A stretch of 64,000 bases of DNA from Octopus sinensis (lineage: Eukaryota), in contig NC_043005.1 in NCBI RefSeq assembly GCF_006345805.1, forward strand, positions 38,998,001-39,062,000, given 5' to 3'. Below the pieces are notes generated by a model. The model was not told the DNA's origin and did not search any database. It saw only the letters and a list, made by a program, of their open reading frames with translations. Numbering within the stretch: position 1 is the stretch's first letter; each line of letters begins with the position of its first letter. The position numbers were made by a program, and so were the translations under genes. This document shows positions 1-15,061 of this stretch, one piece after another.

Positions 1-550
1 TATTATATATATATATATATATATAATATATATATATTATATATATATAAACATATATATATTATATTAAATTAGAGACAAAACCACTATTAGGCAAATA
101 TATATATTTAGGTTTGGTAGCATAAACAGAACAGATATTGCTCACACACATATGCGTACACATACGCTATGTACAGACATTCCTTCACCATTTACCTTTG
201 AGGATTAATGGACTTCAGCATTTGCTGATATTTCTCTTTCTCCCATGATAAAATAAACTTTTAAATCTTCAGATATAAAACGCCATGTCACCCAATACCA
301 AAAACGTTATCTGTATGACAGCTTGTACGCACTTAAATCTATTATACATAAGATTAAACTACACACAAACATTGAAATGTGTGCATGAGTGTGTGTGAGC
401 CTGCTAGTTGTGTGTATGCTGTCTGAGTACGCATATACATATACACATATATATGTAGATAGATAGGTAGATAGATAGATAGATAGATACATACATACAT
501 ACATACATACATCATACATACATACATACATACAACATACATATATACAC

Positions 551-731
<181 letters not shown>

Positions 732-1108
732 TGCGTTACACATAGATAGATAACAGAAAATGATACAGACGCATATACAGAAAATAAATATGAAGATATT
801 ATGTTCTGGTGGAAAAAAATGTTTTCTGTTTTCACGATTCTTGAATGCTTCAATAAGCTATACAACGCATTGAGTGCCATGATTCACTATACACGTGTGA
901 TAAGACATAGATATATTTATTTTGATATCTATGAAGAAATGAGCTGGTCAATAGTCTCTCACTGTCTCTCTATGTATGTGTGTATGTATGTATGTATGAA
1001 TGTATGTATGTATGTATGTATGTATGTATTTAGGTAGGTAGTTAGGTAGGTAGGTAGGTAAGTAGGTAGGTAGATAGGTATATATGTAGTATATATATGT
1101 ATATTAAT

Positions 1109-1212
<104 letters not shown>

Positions 1213-1286
1213 TGATAAAGTGACCGATATTCATATGCGAATACATATAATATAATTACCAATCTTGATTAACCCTACAGAACACT

Positions 1287-1456
1287 ATGTGTTATATATA
1301 TGTATATATGTGTGTGTTGTGTGTGTGTGTGTATGCATTGTATATGTGTATATGTGAATGCATTGTTTGTGTGTGTGTGTGGTATGTATATATATATATG
1401 TGTGTGTACGTATATGTATGGATTTTGTGTGTGTGTGTGCATTATATATATGTGTG

Positions 1457-1514
<58 letters not shown>

Positions 1515-2500
1515 TTATATGTATGTGCATTGTGTATATGTATATTATATGTATGTGTGTTGTATATGCATGAATACATGTATATACATTATATGTATAT
1601 ATATGTATGCATTGTGTATGTGTATGTTATGTGTATATATGTTATATGTATGTGTATATGTATATATATTATATGTTTGTATTGTGTATGTTTGTTATAT
1701 GTATATATTGTGTATGTGTATTATATATATGCTGTGTATGTGTATTGTATGTATATATGTGTTAGGTGTATATGTGTTGATTTATATTATGTATGTATGT
1801 GTGCGTGTGTTTTGTGTGTGTGTGTTTTGTGTGTGTGTTGTGTGTGTGTGTTATATGTGTGTATATTATATATAAATATATGTTATATTTGCGTGTATGT
1901 GTGTTGTGTGTGTGTATGTGTGGTGTGTGTGTGTGTGTTGTGGTGTGTGTGTGTGTGTGGTGTGTGTGTGTGTTGTGTGTGTGTGTGAGATGTGTGTGTG
2001 TGTGTGTGGTATGTATATGTATGATGTGTGTGTGTGTATATATGTATATGTAGTGTGTGTGTGTATGGCTCGCACACACGCGTAGACGCGCACGCGCACG
2101 CACACGCGCGCACACGGGCGGGCACGCATAAACACACACCATCCTACCCCAAAAAATTCTTTAAACAACACACATCTATTTACACCACCCTGGAACCAAT
2201 CAAAAACAGCCCCCCACACACACACACATGTATACGTGGATGTGCACGCACACAGGGACACACACACTCACACCAATCTCACCTCCATACAGGTACATAT
2301 ATACACACGCAGCACCATGTCAAATGCCATCCACACACATACATGCGTACACACACACACACACACAACACCATGACAACCACACACGCGGCTGACAAAC
2401 AGACACCATCCGACCAAATACTACAGACACACAGACACATCTATTCACACCACATGTATGTGTATGCACGCACACATACACACAGAGATACACATATTCA
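1287..2500. repeat. Compound (TG)/(TA) then (CA) microsatellite field
   Basis: Alternating purine-pyrimidine low-complexity sequence; source of many spurious ORFs. Confidence 0.95.
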
Positions 2501-3081
2501 CCTCATCCTAACCCCAAAATCATTGATGCTTGAAGGAGAGCCAAAAAAGAAAAAAAACGGGTACATTCTTTTCAATTCAACATTTCTGCTAAAACGGACA
2601 GGTTAGTGACAACCTCACCACTACAATAATGTAAATCTTTTTGAACTCATAATATTCTGTATGTGTATACTGAACTTTTTTTAATAATTCCTCCTGGAAT
2701 TTACCCTGAGATGTATAATATATTTGTTTTAATCTTTTCTGCCCATTTTTTCAATGAGCTTGTTAAATTTTTTTATATTCTTAACCTACTGTTGTCACCA
2801 AAGACTGTATATTTATATGGATTATAGTACTCTGTGTCAACCAATATTCTGTGCATGTTTGAATATACAGATACATTACCAATATCAATTCCTTCTGGAA
2901 ACTATCTTAAGTATGTCCTTGAGAACGATTATTTATGTAATCTTTTTTGCCCAATATTTAAGGAACTTGTTGAACTTTTTATGTCCTTAACATGTCGCTG
3001 TTACCAAAGACTGTATATATATATATATGTAATGTAGCAATTTGCAACAACCAATAATTAACGCAACCAAACTTCTACATG

Positions 3082-3126
3082 TTACTTTTGACAATCTTTT
3101 TCCAAAGAGTGAAACCGGTAAAGTAA
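3082..3126 (+). ncRNA. Minimal hammerhead variant with U3:A8 core
   Basis: TTACTT-TTGACAA-TCTTTTTCCAAAGAGT-GAAA-CCGG-TA-AAGTAA. Perfect 6-bp stem I, palindrome ACCGGT, GUA triplet, and stem II closed by a U-U mismatch. It lies ~40 nt before a (TA)n tract. Confidence 0.65.
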
Positions 3127-3164
3127 ATAAACATCTTTTAAATTGCATTTTCAAACCTTCTTTC

Positions 3165-3232
<68 letters not shown>

Positions 3233-3478
3233 GCCTTACTATTTACGTAGAGGAATATGTATGTCCGTAAGCAACTATCCATACGTTAGCAGAATCATTT
3301 ATATGCACAACAAACATACATTCACATACATACACTTACTCATAATTGCATATGAATGATTATAACTTGAAAACAGTAAAGAAACACAAATTCACTGTGA
3401 CGTGAAACTCAATGCTGGTACTTAAATATGTATACGTTTGTATGTCTTTGCTTGTATGCTTATTTGTTTGCTTGTTCG

Positions 3479-3511
<33 letters not shown>

Positions 3512-4678
3512 TGTGTGTGTGTATGTGTGTGTGTGTGTGGTGTGTGTGTGTGTGTATGTTCGAATGTTTGTGTCTTTCTGTGATATACGTAAAAATCCAA
3601 GCAGTAATCCAGAAAAACGTAAAATTGAAGATATTGCACGATTCAGGCTCACGAGGAAAAAATAACCGGAAAATAGAAAAACTGATATTCTATGCACGAC
3701 GCTGTATTAAACAGAATAAATTGCTTTAAAAATACGATGCACCAAAAAATCTGCCAGTTAGGTGATTCTACAGCGAGCATGTTTCGTGATACGTTCGCAT
3801 GCCTACTTAGAGACCATCGTTCACTGCAGTACATATGTATATGCGTGTGATCGGTTATGCATTCATAAATGCATGAAAACTACATAGATTCTGGAACCTA
3901 TAGCTGATGAACGACATTTCCGTCTTCGTTCTTGTCTTCTGTAACCGTCTTCACCTCTCATGCTATTTAAAAACATAATTTTTGTCCTGCAGTTATTCTG
4001 TCTAACAGTCACATACGGATTTCGTAATAAATGATACAGTTACAATACACAAATGGAAATAAATGTGGAGATCTAAATACTATTTATTTTTCACAGATTT
4101 TTAGGTGCATAAATGTACCTGGTACTTACCAAACTGGTTTCAAATTACCTTAAACTCTTATCTTCTGACCATATGAACTAATGCTTCCTCAATATGCCAC
4201 CTTTAAGACATTCTTCCCTTTCTCTTTCTTCTCCCTCTCTCACCTGCTTGCCGTAAGACTGTTTCATCATTCCTTTTGTATATTTGTACTTGCACACTTT
4301 CATATAAATACATTCATGACGCTTAATTTGTTTATTTTCTATTTTCTTACTTCCATACCTGTTCTACGAAGATCATTTATATACATGACTTCCAACACTT
4401 CAGGAAAGGAAAAATTTGTATAAATATTTAACTTGTATAAGTGCCTCTGTAAATATAGATACTTCTTTTGATGGTTTATCAAATTGCAATAACATTGAAT
4501 TGAAATATTGATACATATTTTTCCTTTCCTGGAGAGTGTACACATTTTTGGGGCGGACTCTGTGTGTGTATATATAATAGATAGTGTGAGAGAGAGACAG
4601 TGACAGACAGACAGAGAAAGAGAGAGAGAGAGAAACTCTCTATGGTGTACCTTGTGTGAACTATAAGTGAGCAAGAAG

Positions 4679-4910
4679 TCAACGGGGATCACTGTCAAAC
4701 TGGAAAGGTATAAACACTTTGATTCTGGTGAATGTCGCGGAGCAATTAACAGTTAAAGCATTAATGAAATAAATTCTTGTTAACGCTTGAAACACTATAT
4801 GCAAGTAATACATAGAGGACTTAATAACCTGTGAAGGAGGATTCTCTGAAAGCTTATTACCAATAGTAAGAATTATTGAGTGGAAAAAGTTCATGAAGCT
4901 ATTAACGCTC
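4679..4910 (-). CDS. Candidate coding exon, possibly terminal (phase 2 start)
   Basis: TCTTGTGGCCAG acceptor. Only the phase-2 frame is open (SVNSFMNFFHSIILTIG...FDSDPR*), which is compatible with the 9252 donor. Confidence 0.28.
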
Positions 4911-5569
4911 CTGGCCACAAGACGATTCACTTTTCGTTGTTACGTAAAAAGTGTATAGCTGCTCGGAGTGTGACGATTAGTTACGGCTGTATGGTCGCTG
5001 ATGATTTCCCACGATCGAGTGCACATTGAAGCTGTTTTTGTAACTATGCGTTTTGACACTTGAAGCAAACACACGGATGAATATGCATGCAAATGATACA
5101 CACATACAGATAGAGAGAGACTGAGGTAAAGAGTAAAAGAGATATGATTTTTTTAATTGAAAACTACTGACAGATATTTTCCCTCTCTCCATACGCAAAA
5201 AGAGTAATATGTTCACACACACATAGAGAGAAAGAGACAAACACACACATACATAGAGACAGACAGAGAACGATATAAATATTAAAATTCATGTCAAGTG
5301 AAGTCAATGTCAAATCAGTGATGCCAAGTAGGAGGCGCCAAATAGACAGCATCAAAATGACTATGCCAGGACGACTTATACCGGTTGCTGAATGACAGTA
5401 AGACGCGGATTGTGAATGGAAGTACGAAGTATGGGAGAAGGCAAAGCAAAAATGAAGCAGGCATGCTCTGGTAGATGAATAATGTGAGCATGCAGTAATG
5501 ACGTGTTATAGATAAGCAGAGAAAATCTGGATAATAGATGAATCATGTGTAGTGGGTATGAGAGATGAA

Positions 5570-6700
5570 AGTGTAATTACTAACACGTCATGGGCAGGGG
5601 ATGGAAAATGTGTAAAGATGTACTGATGTGCCGAGTCTAGCTAACTTCCTCCGAGTCTAGCTAACTTCCTCTGTTTACAGAGTTAGTGTTTGGAATGAAT
5701 GTGTGTAATGTGTGATCATTGCATTGACCATGACAGAGTAAGTTGAGCGGAGAATCTGCATTAAATTTTGCCAAAAGCTTGGCAATATCAGCGCAGAGGC
5801 CTACGCAAAGTTTTCTAAGAGTTTCATCGGCCTCCATACAATCAAGGGGATCTTGTGCAACTAAAGACCCGAGTACCTCTTTGGTCAGCTGAAGGCAGTT
5901 TTGCCAAAAACTTGTCAGACACGCATCTCACACCCAAATCTTCAGTGATAAGAGACTGAACTGAACCGTAAATAATCTGCACATACTCTGATAACTCAAG
6001 GATCATGATACAAAGGTTTTCTCCTTACAGCTACACGTACATCTGCAATGTTTTTCTCACTTCTGCTGGTTGCGGATCTCCCAGAACGTTCGAAAGTATC
6101 GACATTTTTTTCAGCCATCTTGGAAACGTCTGATCCACTCCTACACTTTTGTGCTGTTCACATACTCCTCTTCATACACTTATTGCAACTTTACGTAGGC
6201 CTTGAAGCAGATGTCTCCGTGACAACTTTCTGTATCATGGTCGACGCGACGATCACATGCTACACACCTTTCTTGCAAGCTGTGCTGTAAACAGTGGAGG
6301 TGAACTACAACGTTAAAACTTAGTGTGCATTCACAGTAGAGACGAAGGTCAATCTTTGCTTAGAGACTTCACTCTGCGTGCTTCTATGTATGTATGTATG
6401 TATGTATGTATGTATGTATGTATGTATGTATGTATGTATGAAAACTTCTTGAAAACATTGCGTGGGCTTCTGAGCAGATATTGCCAAGCTTTTTGCAAAC
6501 TTTTATATAGATTTACTGCTCAACCTTCTCTGTCGTGGTTAATGCGACGACCACACGTTACACACCTTCCTTCCAAGCACTACTGTAAACAGGGGAAGTG
6601 AGCTAAAACGCAAAAACTTAGTGTACATGCACAAAGGATTCCAAGTCAATCTGTGCCAAGCGGTTTTACTCTCCGTGCTTTAGCTTCGTTACTATAACAA
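5570..6700. mobile_element. Cluster of three mariner 5' ends (+ 5570-5830; - 5870-6380; - 6460-6700)
   Basis: Plus strand reads ERRICIKFCQKLGNISAEAYAKF. Minus strand reads EWIRRFQDG*KNVDTFERSGRSATSRSEKNIADV. The 5' UTR segments are shared among the three copies. Confidence 0.7.
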
Positions 6701-6890
6701 CAGTCCCGAGTCTTATTTGTGTGAGTGTTGTGTGTGTGTGTGAGTGTGTGTGTGTGCGTGCGTGTGTATGTTTTTGTGTCTATGTATATATACGTATGCA
6801 TGAATGTATCTATCTATGTGTATGTAAATATATATATATGTTTGTGTGTATATGTACATATATCTGTATATATATATATTATATTATATA

Positions 6891-6939
<49 letters not shown>

Positions 6940-7629
6940 ATATATATATGTATGTATATATATGCCTAGATGATGTTGAACAAAAAAAAAATCAGTGCAA
7001 AAAGTCGCTCACTTCCAGCATCTCGATTCCTTGGCATGATGGTAAAATAGTCTTCAATCTCGATTTCTCCTCAAAAATCTGAAATCTTCTATACACTCCA
7101 GAAATCAATATAGACGTCTTCATCAATGTGTAGAATAAAATTTAAAAAATAAAAAAAAACAAAAATACTAACAGTGTTTGTTAACTTGCTAAATGCTTTC
7201 TACGTGACTCTTACAAAAAATAAATAAATTTGGATATCGTTAGTTTGATGCGATTTAATGACTTTTTTCTTTACCAACAAGTTAAAACAAGAGGAAAGGC
7301 CTTGAGCATAATCTATCAGCAGTTAATTTATGTCAGACAAGATTGTCACTGCTATAGAAGTTGGAATAATGTTTTAGTTTTATTTGCAGAAGTATGCAAA
7401 AGCAACAGCCAAATATTTTCTCTGTTTAACGAGATTTTATCAGTTGTTTATATTTCTCGTCTACAAATAACTGCAGTTGAAATCCATATTCGCTGATTTC
7501 CATCTGTAGATTGTCGTTTTATATTGAACGTTTGGGACTTTGTATAAAAATTAACGGAATAATATAGCCATTACTCTCGGGACAATTAGAGAAGTAGCCA
7601 TATTTTTACTATGCCAAAGTAAATTGATA

Positions 7630-7671
<42 letters not shown>

Positions 7672-7784
7672 TGTGAGTGTTTGTGTGTGTGCATGCACAC
7701 ACACACATACACACTATATAAATAGAAGCTAAACATAAGTTTACACATGTTTTTAGTGTATGTATATATTTGTATATATTATAT

Positions 7785-7818
<34 letters not shown>

Positions 7819-8040
7819 ATATGTGTATGTATGTATGTATGTATGTCTGCATGTATGTATGTATGTATGTATGTATGTATAGAGAGAGAGTCAGAGAGCG
7901 ATAGAGGGAGACAGTGAGAAAGAGTAAAGCCATGGGTAAAAAGAAATATCTATAAACCTATCTATGGAAGATATTTTATGTACACAAAGAAGTGAATAAA
8001 ATAAAATAAGCACGGTTCATATATATATATATATATATGC

Positions 8041-8248
<208 letters not shown>

Positions 8249-8290
8249 GCAATATATGCATATATATATATGCACATATATATATAGTTC

Positions 8291-8641
8291 GTACTCCGTC
8301 GGTTACGACGACGAGGTTTCCAGTTGAACCGATCAACGGAACAGCCTGCTCGTGAAATTAAAGTGCAAGTGCCTAAGCACTCCACCGACACGTGTACCAT
8401 TAAAGTAGTTCTCGGGGAGATTCAGCGTGACACAGAGTGTGACAAGGCTGACCCTTTGAAATACATGTACAACAGGAACAGGAAGAAAAAGTGGGAGAAA
8501 GTTGTGGTTAAAGAGTACAGCAGGGGTCGCCACCAGCACCTGTCGGAGCATCGTGGAGCATTAGGTGTTTTCGCTCAATAAACACTCACAACGCCCAGTC
8601 TGGGAATTGAAACCGCGATCCTATGGCCGCGAGTCCGCTGC
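8291..8641 (-). mobile_element. tRNA-derived SINE, family B
   Basis: tRNA-like head (GGACTCGCGG...GCGGTTTCAATTCCCAGAC) and the GATCAACGGAACAGCCTGCTCGTGAAATT body shared with the 25.4-kb and 61.6-kb copies. Confidence 0.82.
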
Positions 8642-9251
8642 GGCTTCATTATATGTGTATGCATGTTTTAAAATATCCCAAATGATAAAATGTCCATTAT
8701 TCTCTTGATTCGGTTTATCCTTTTCTTTATAAGATTTGTGACGATTGATAAGTACTAAAGATATACCATTGATAAATATAGTCAGATACTTGATACTATG
8801 CTAGTAGTTGTTACTCACCATTTGTAAGATTTTCTCATGTTGTTCGAAGTCGTGATGACAAATGTTATGCCATTAATCTCACCAATATTTTCTGCAAGGA
8901 TAGGTATGTAAATGTTATATGCAAATTACAACGTTACTGATTTTAGAACGAAATATAAATTATATAGATCATATATAACATGTATACTGTGCGGCCAAAA
9001 GAAAACTCGAAGATTCTTTATTCTTCATAAATATATCAAGAACAAACGCATGTTCTGCATCGTTCCAAAACATAATGGTAATTGCACAAAAAAAAAAAAG
9101 ATATATGGTAAACAAACTTAGCTGCATTAAGACTCCGCTTCCATCTGTCTAACGTTACATCACACGAATGGCTACGTAAAAAATATTTTTGTGTCGCACC
9201 CTATACAGTTAACTAAATTCAATTTATTGCATCATATTACTTTTTCTTTAC

Positions 9252-9410
9252 CTGAATTTCATGAGGCATTGTTTAACTGATCTTCTTTGCTTATGGACTA
9301 AATCCCTCACGCTAAGAACGAGGACATCAGTTCCTTCATTAGATGGCGCAGAGAAGCAATTGCATAACCTTTGTATAGTGAAGTTTGCGTCCTTCACATT
9401 TTCACAGACT
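9252..9410 (-). CDS. Candidate internal coding exon (159 nt, phase 2 to 2) of an unidentified gene
   Basis: TACTAAC branch point at 9434-9440, TAG acceptor, CAG|GTAAAG donor, and open frame VCENVKDANFTIQRLCNCFSAPSNEGTDVLVLSVRDLVHKQRRSVKQCLMKF. Confidence 0.5.
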
Positions 9411-11693
9411 CTATACGTGGTGAATTTCAGCAAGTTAGTACAGTTATTTTATGTTCCAGGCAGTAGTAATTAGTGCTAAAAAGATCGGATTAAATTTTTC
9501 AGAAAACTAGTGACAACGTACTAGGCAGTCGAACGGTTGTTATTAAATTACTCGAATGTTCTACGTCATATGACGAGTGACTTTGTAGGTATATATTTGT
9601 CACCATCTGTTGTTTCAAGAATTATGGCATATATACATTAATTATGATTTGACATTTTTTTAAAAAACTTCCTTCGTTCTTATTATAGAATAGAATATAA
9701 AATTAATATTAATTTTCTAAAGAAAACATTTATCACCTTGAATAAATTATACAAGTAAAATTTCTCATTAATATTTTTGCAATAAATATATGCTATCCTA
9801 AATTTCATCAATATAATCGCAATTCATTCCGTCGCAAAAAATATCTTTGCAAAACTTCGTTGCAAAATAGTTTAAACTCTCAGAAAGATATTAGACACGT
9901 CTCCTGCACCCCTTGCCCCACAACACACACACACACACACACATACACACACACACACATACACACACACGCACGCACACACATACACACACAAGCATAC
10001 ACACACACACACTTTCTTCCTTTGTCTCTGTTTCTCTGTCTGTCTGACTCTTTTCTTCCCTCTCTCTCTCTCTCTCTCACTCTTTCTCTCTTTCTTTCTT
10101 TTTTATTCTACGATATAAAGCGTGACTAGTGACATCAACAAAACAACGCCTATATCAGCTATCGTTCAATAGTGATAAATTTAGGCAATTACTCAATTTA
10201 GTTATTTAAATTGTCTATAGATAAAAATTCTTAGGTCTTCATACATTTCGACATGTTCCGTTGCTTAGCCTGTTCTTGTTCTTCTAAGCACAAAAGTTTC
10301 TATGATCACTGTAGCTGTTTATAACGTTAATAATAATAATATTTTGCTTGAAATTATGGCCATAAATATTACATGATTTGCCTTTGTATAGTAATATATA
10401 TATAAGACTAAAGAACAGTGAGATCGGCTATTTGGATCCCAGCATGATTGCAATGAAAGGAACTATGGCTCCTTCACTTGTATGCACTATATGCTGTTAT
10501 GGAAATTACATGGTATATTACAAATGCTTTGATTTTGGTATATTTTTATAATATACCATGACCATATTCTTCCACACACCCACCGAGACATTCAGGATGT
10601 AAAACACATGAAGAAATATTACGAAGCATATTCTCTCCAGTTGTTTACTCTTATGAGAGAGGACTTTGTTTTTTTATATCGTAGTCACACGACAAAATAT
10701 GAATTTTAATATCGTCTACGCTTTATCTAGCAAATATCTGCGTGTCGTTATTGCTTATTTTATTACCGTCATTGTTGATATCTAAACCAAATAAAGCATC
10801 GTTAAGATTTTATTTTGTTATAGAGTGTGAACTGGAAAAGGTTTCCAAATGGGAATTTGAAACTGTATCCGAAAATCAATTGCAATTTTACTTTATGATA
10901 GTAAGAAGACACGGTGTTGATTGGTTTTTAATGGGGAAAATATCATAAATTCTAGCGTAGCCCATTTTGATGGTGGATGTATACTGTTTACTCTAAGTCA
11001 TTACAGAGAAGATTAATAGCAATGCCCCAAGAGAAGAAATACACATTTAATAAAGGATTAAAGGATTTATTTCTACATACTCCAGTTGTGTTGTTGCCAA
11101 GTGACTTTATTTTTTTTAGCATTGTCTGCCTTCTCGAATGAAAGTAAAGTAAATGTAGATGGGGAGGATGGCAGGGTCTATAACCGCTTAGTGTTTATCC
11201 CAGGATGGTGGAAAGAGAGGGAGTAAGGTATCCTCAAACACTGGATGTTTCCAACAAAGGTCCTCAAAATCCCAGTTGGTTGTGATGTTAAACCGGGCAA
11301 TGGATTACCTCTAGTACCCAAATGCACCAATAACGTGACTGCAAAGATCCTGAACAAATGACGCAAGGTATCCAGTCCGATGACAATGTACTTCTGTCAA
11401 TCCAATGGCTTGATGCTGTTTATCAATACAAATGATCGCATTTTTATCAACAGAAGTGATTGCATTTTATCCAGTATACTACATCTGTACTACATACGCG
11501 CATAAATGTTTGTGTGACAAATTTTGCTTATTATATATGCGTGTGTGTGCTTTTTTATTGTATGCACGTCCGTGTGGTGTTGTGTATGTAATGTTAAAAA
11601 AATGTCTATCTTCTTAAACTGTTGTAAATCACACAGATCTTGCTGGGACTAAATACCATCTTAGTTTCTAGAGCAACAATTCAGTTCGTCCAA

Positions 11694-11955
11694 ATGAAGA
11701 TAATTGTGTCCTGGGACATAAGCATGGAGGAGGCTAAAGAAAGGATGAGAACAAAGTACCAGGAATTGATGGGCATCTATTGTAAGAATGGGTGTAGAAT
11801 AAGATGAATACCAGTGCATTCTTACAATCGAACGTTTGCATGTCGTACTGTAGACCAGTGGAAATTTAGGCATTTCACGAGCTTGCAGAAGGACAGCCCT
11901 CAAGAGTAACATAGAAACTGCCGAGAAAGCATCTCGTTAGTTCTGGCTGAATAGA
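11694..11955 (+). mobile_element. 3' end of an RLE-type LINE (HERO/NeSL-like), degenerate
   Basis: IVSWDISMEEAKERMRTKYQEL...IPV and IETAEKASR*FWLNR resemble the ELTVPWE...EEAHERK..KY.EL and AE.ASRWLWL motifs. Confidence 0.55.
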
Positions 11956-12439
11956 GTTGATTGGTGGAGTTAGTAGAATGCTGCTTGAGCATAGGCCTCA
12001 GCTTCGGCAACCTAGGTCGGAATTTAAATTTTTTCCAGCTCCAGAGATTGATTTATTTTCTAAATGGCAATTAAGGCCATTACCTCATTAGAAGGAGTGC
12101 TAAATTCTACATTCAAGATGTCTTCAAACTTATATGCAATTAAAGAACAGGGCAAGCTTATTGTCTGGAGATAGGAGGCCAATCGTAGAGATGTATTTTT
12201 ACCGTAAAAGCCAGCCATCATCACCACAACAGTTGCCCAAGTGCATTGCCGGTAACCAACCAATTTAGACACATACAAAGGAATTTATGTCGAGAAGCAT
12301 ATGTTTATTGAGTTCTAAGAACAGGTTATTAGTACAGATATGCCGAAGTAATATATATAATATAATATAATATAATATAATATAACATAAATGTAAGGAC
12401 AAGCAAGTTAGGCAAGTCGATATAAAAAAAAATATTAAA

Positions 12440-12612
12440 TATAGTTAATTAAAAAAACTCCGACTTACACAGAATAGAAAGGATATCAGGAATCAAAGGG
12501 GTTGAGTAGGAGTTTTACGAGTCTAATATCTGTTTCTAGGGACTTGGTGGTCCAAAATAATGATTGCAACTTGGTTCTATCATTGGATAACACCAGCTTC
12601 CGTCTTCCTCTC
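12440..12612. repeat. Unclassified repeat; diverged second copy at 25980-26135
   Basis: Ordered shared blocks CCGACTTACAC.GAATA, GAATCAAAGGGGTTGA, GGTGGTCCAA and TTCCGTCTTC. Confidence 0.5.
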
Positions 12613-13318
12613 TGAAGGTCGACGACGATGGTGATGATGACGGTGGTGGTAGTGGTGGTAGTGGTGGTGGGGGTGGGGTGGTGGTAGTGGTGGTAGTGGT
12701 GGTTATAAGGTGGGAGATGATAAGTACGCTAAATATGAGATATTACCAGGTTAATTGATTTTCTAACCCTATTTAACCATTGTATTCTTTGTATTTATTT
12801 CATTCAAGCCATGTACCCGAGTTATACTCGAGAAAGCCATAAACTGCCATATTTTGATTCGAACCTGTCTTAAAAGTTTCGGAACTTCTCTGCAATTTAT
12901 AAAGATATATCTATACATTTATTTGTACACAAAACATCTGACACACAAATAAGGAAATAAGAAAATCCCAAACAATGGCACGCATATAAACATGCACAAA
13001 TACATCATAATACACACGTCTGTCTATATACGAACGTATTTATGTATGCGTATATGCATGTGTGTATGTATGCATGTATATCTATGTATGCACATATACA
13101 CAGATACATATATGTGTATACAGATAAATTTAGCATAAACACGTATGTATATATACATAAGTACATTTATATAGATAATGCATAAATATTTGTGAGTGTA
13201 TATAATATATATATAATATATATATATATTATATACATATATATATATATACTTTGATACATACATACAAATATACATTCGCGCATATACATATCCACCC
13301 CGCAACATATATATCTAT

Positions 13319-13361
<43 letters not shown>

Positions 13362-13431
13362 GAATATTCATTTGTGTGCACGCGTATTCATGTGCGTGTG
13401 TGTGCGCGCGCGCGTGTGTGTGTGTGCGTGC

Positions 13432-13487
<56 letters not shown>

Positions 13488-15024
13488 TGTGTGTGATCGT
13501 TAGTGTGGATGTATACGATTTCTACTCGCGCATGTCTGTGTTTATATATGTCCATATTTACGGTTCTGATGTCATCTACCTCTTATCATTGCAGCGCCAG
13601 TTACTTTATCGAGCAGGTGTTGGTAAGACGTTAGATAGGTTCTTCAGATTTATAGCCTGTCAAAGAAATTCTTTGCAAGATCAAAAGCTTCTAGCCGGTC
13701 GGCGCCGTTCTCTTTCTCATGTACTTCACGCTATTCTTTTCATATTACTTTAGGATGCATGTGTGATAGAATCTCACTGAAATCATTTTAGGAGAACAAT
13801 GGCAAAACGCGACTCCAACCGATCAATTCCCAACCCTTGAACTTTTAGGTCAGGCAATGCTGTTTCTAAAGCTGTCGCTTTCCGGAAAGATTTCCTTTGA
13901 AATTTGATCTTATGAGCTTTGGGTTTGAAAACAACCGCTAAATAAACAGAGCGGACATGGGAAAGAAAGAGGGAAATAAATAAACAAGGAAAGAAGAGAA
14001 GAGAAGAGAAGAAAGAAGAAAGAAAGCAGAAAGACAACCAAAAGGAAAGAGAACAATGAGAACGATGAGGAGGGTTGTGTAAGAACACTAAATCTCAGGT
14101 CGGTTCTGAAATATCAGTAAAACTAGAATTCATATCACAATAAAGGTTTTAAACGTTGTTTAATGTCTGACATATAATGGGATGTTGTGACATTCATGGA
14201 TTATTGTCATGAAGATTCATGACTTTGATAAGTGCAACTATCAAATGGAAATCTGATCAAGGTCTCAAATCTGCAGAGTATTTATTGCATGGCATTTTAT
14301 TTTTGTTTTAAAAACGAACGATTTCTGATTTGCCACGAGGGATTAGATTTATAAAGCGATAAAGAGTATAAAGTTGTCACGTCTATCCGTTTCTAATGAA
14401 TCTTTAGCCGTGAAAGTTAAGCAGTTTCGGGCGAGTAATTGAAACTTGTGGACAGATAGTGTGGCGGGGGGACATAGTTTTCCGAAAAACCTACCGACAC
14501 TCTCCGACTACAACTATTATAAACCAAATATCTTAAACAGATTCACCGTTACTGTTATTATGTCGACAGAAGACATCAATAGCTGTGTTATCGAAGCCCT
14601 TGGCGTTTCTTCTGGTCGAAAGTGTATTTATCTAAATAGAAATGGTTTTCATAAACTTTATATGATGTTTTCTTTGTAAGTGATATAATGATATTGTTGT
14701 TAAAGACACCAGATGGTGTTGAAGAAGTAGGAAAGAACTTGTAATCTCTTCTACGATTAAAGTTCAACTCCTGCTGTGGTCCATGTTACTTTCAATAATA
14801 CAGAATCGATTAGACAATTAACCACTCGTTTGTGTGACGATTCAAGAATATAGAAAATATCGTGAATATAGCAGGTGCGGGCATATCTATGTGGTTAAGA
14901 ACCTCACATTGCATTCGTTAAGTCCCACTGTGCGGCACCTTAGGCAAGTTTATCTCAAATAACCCCCGATCAAACAATGCCTTCTAAATGCATTTGGCAG
15001 CTCAAAATTGCGCAGAAGCCCGCA

Positions 15025-15056
<32 letters not shown>

Positions 15057-15061
15057 TATAA

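Noticed and set aside
2505-2588. Strong minus-strand acceptor (CACTAAC branch point) followed by a signal-peptide-like FLALLQASMILG
   Set aside because: It needs a homopolymer indel to join the ATG and has no clear donor or linked exon.
13565-13940. Protein-like minus-strand frame interrupted by four stops (idea: stop-to-Trp recoding by A-to-I editing)
   Set aside because: No homology was recognised, and it would need editing at four independent stop codons. There is no support from sequence alone.
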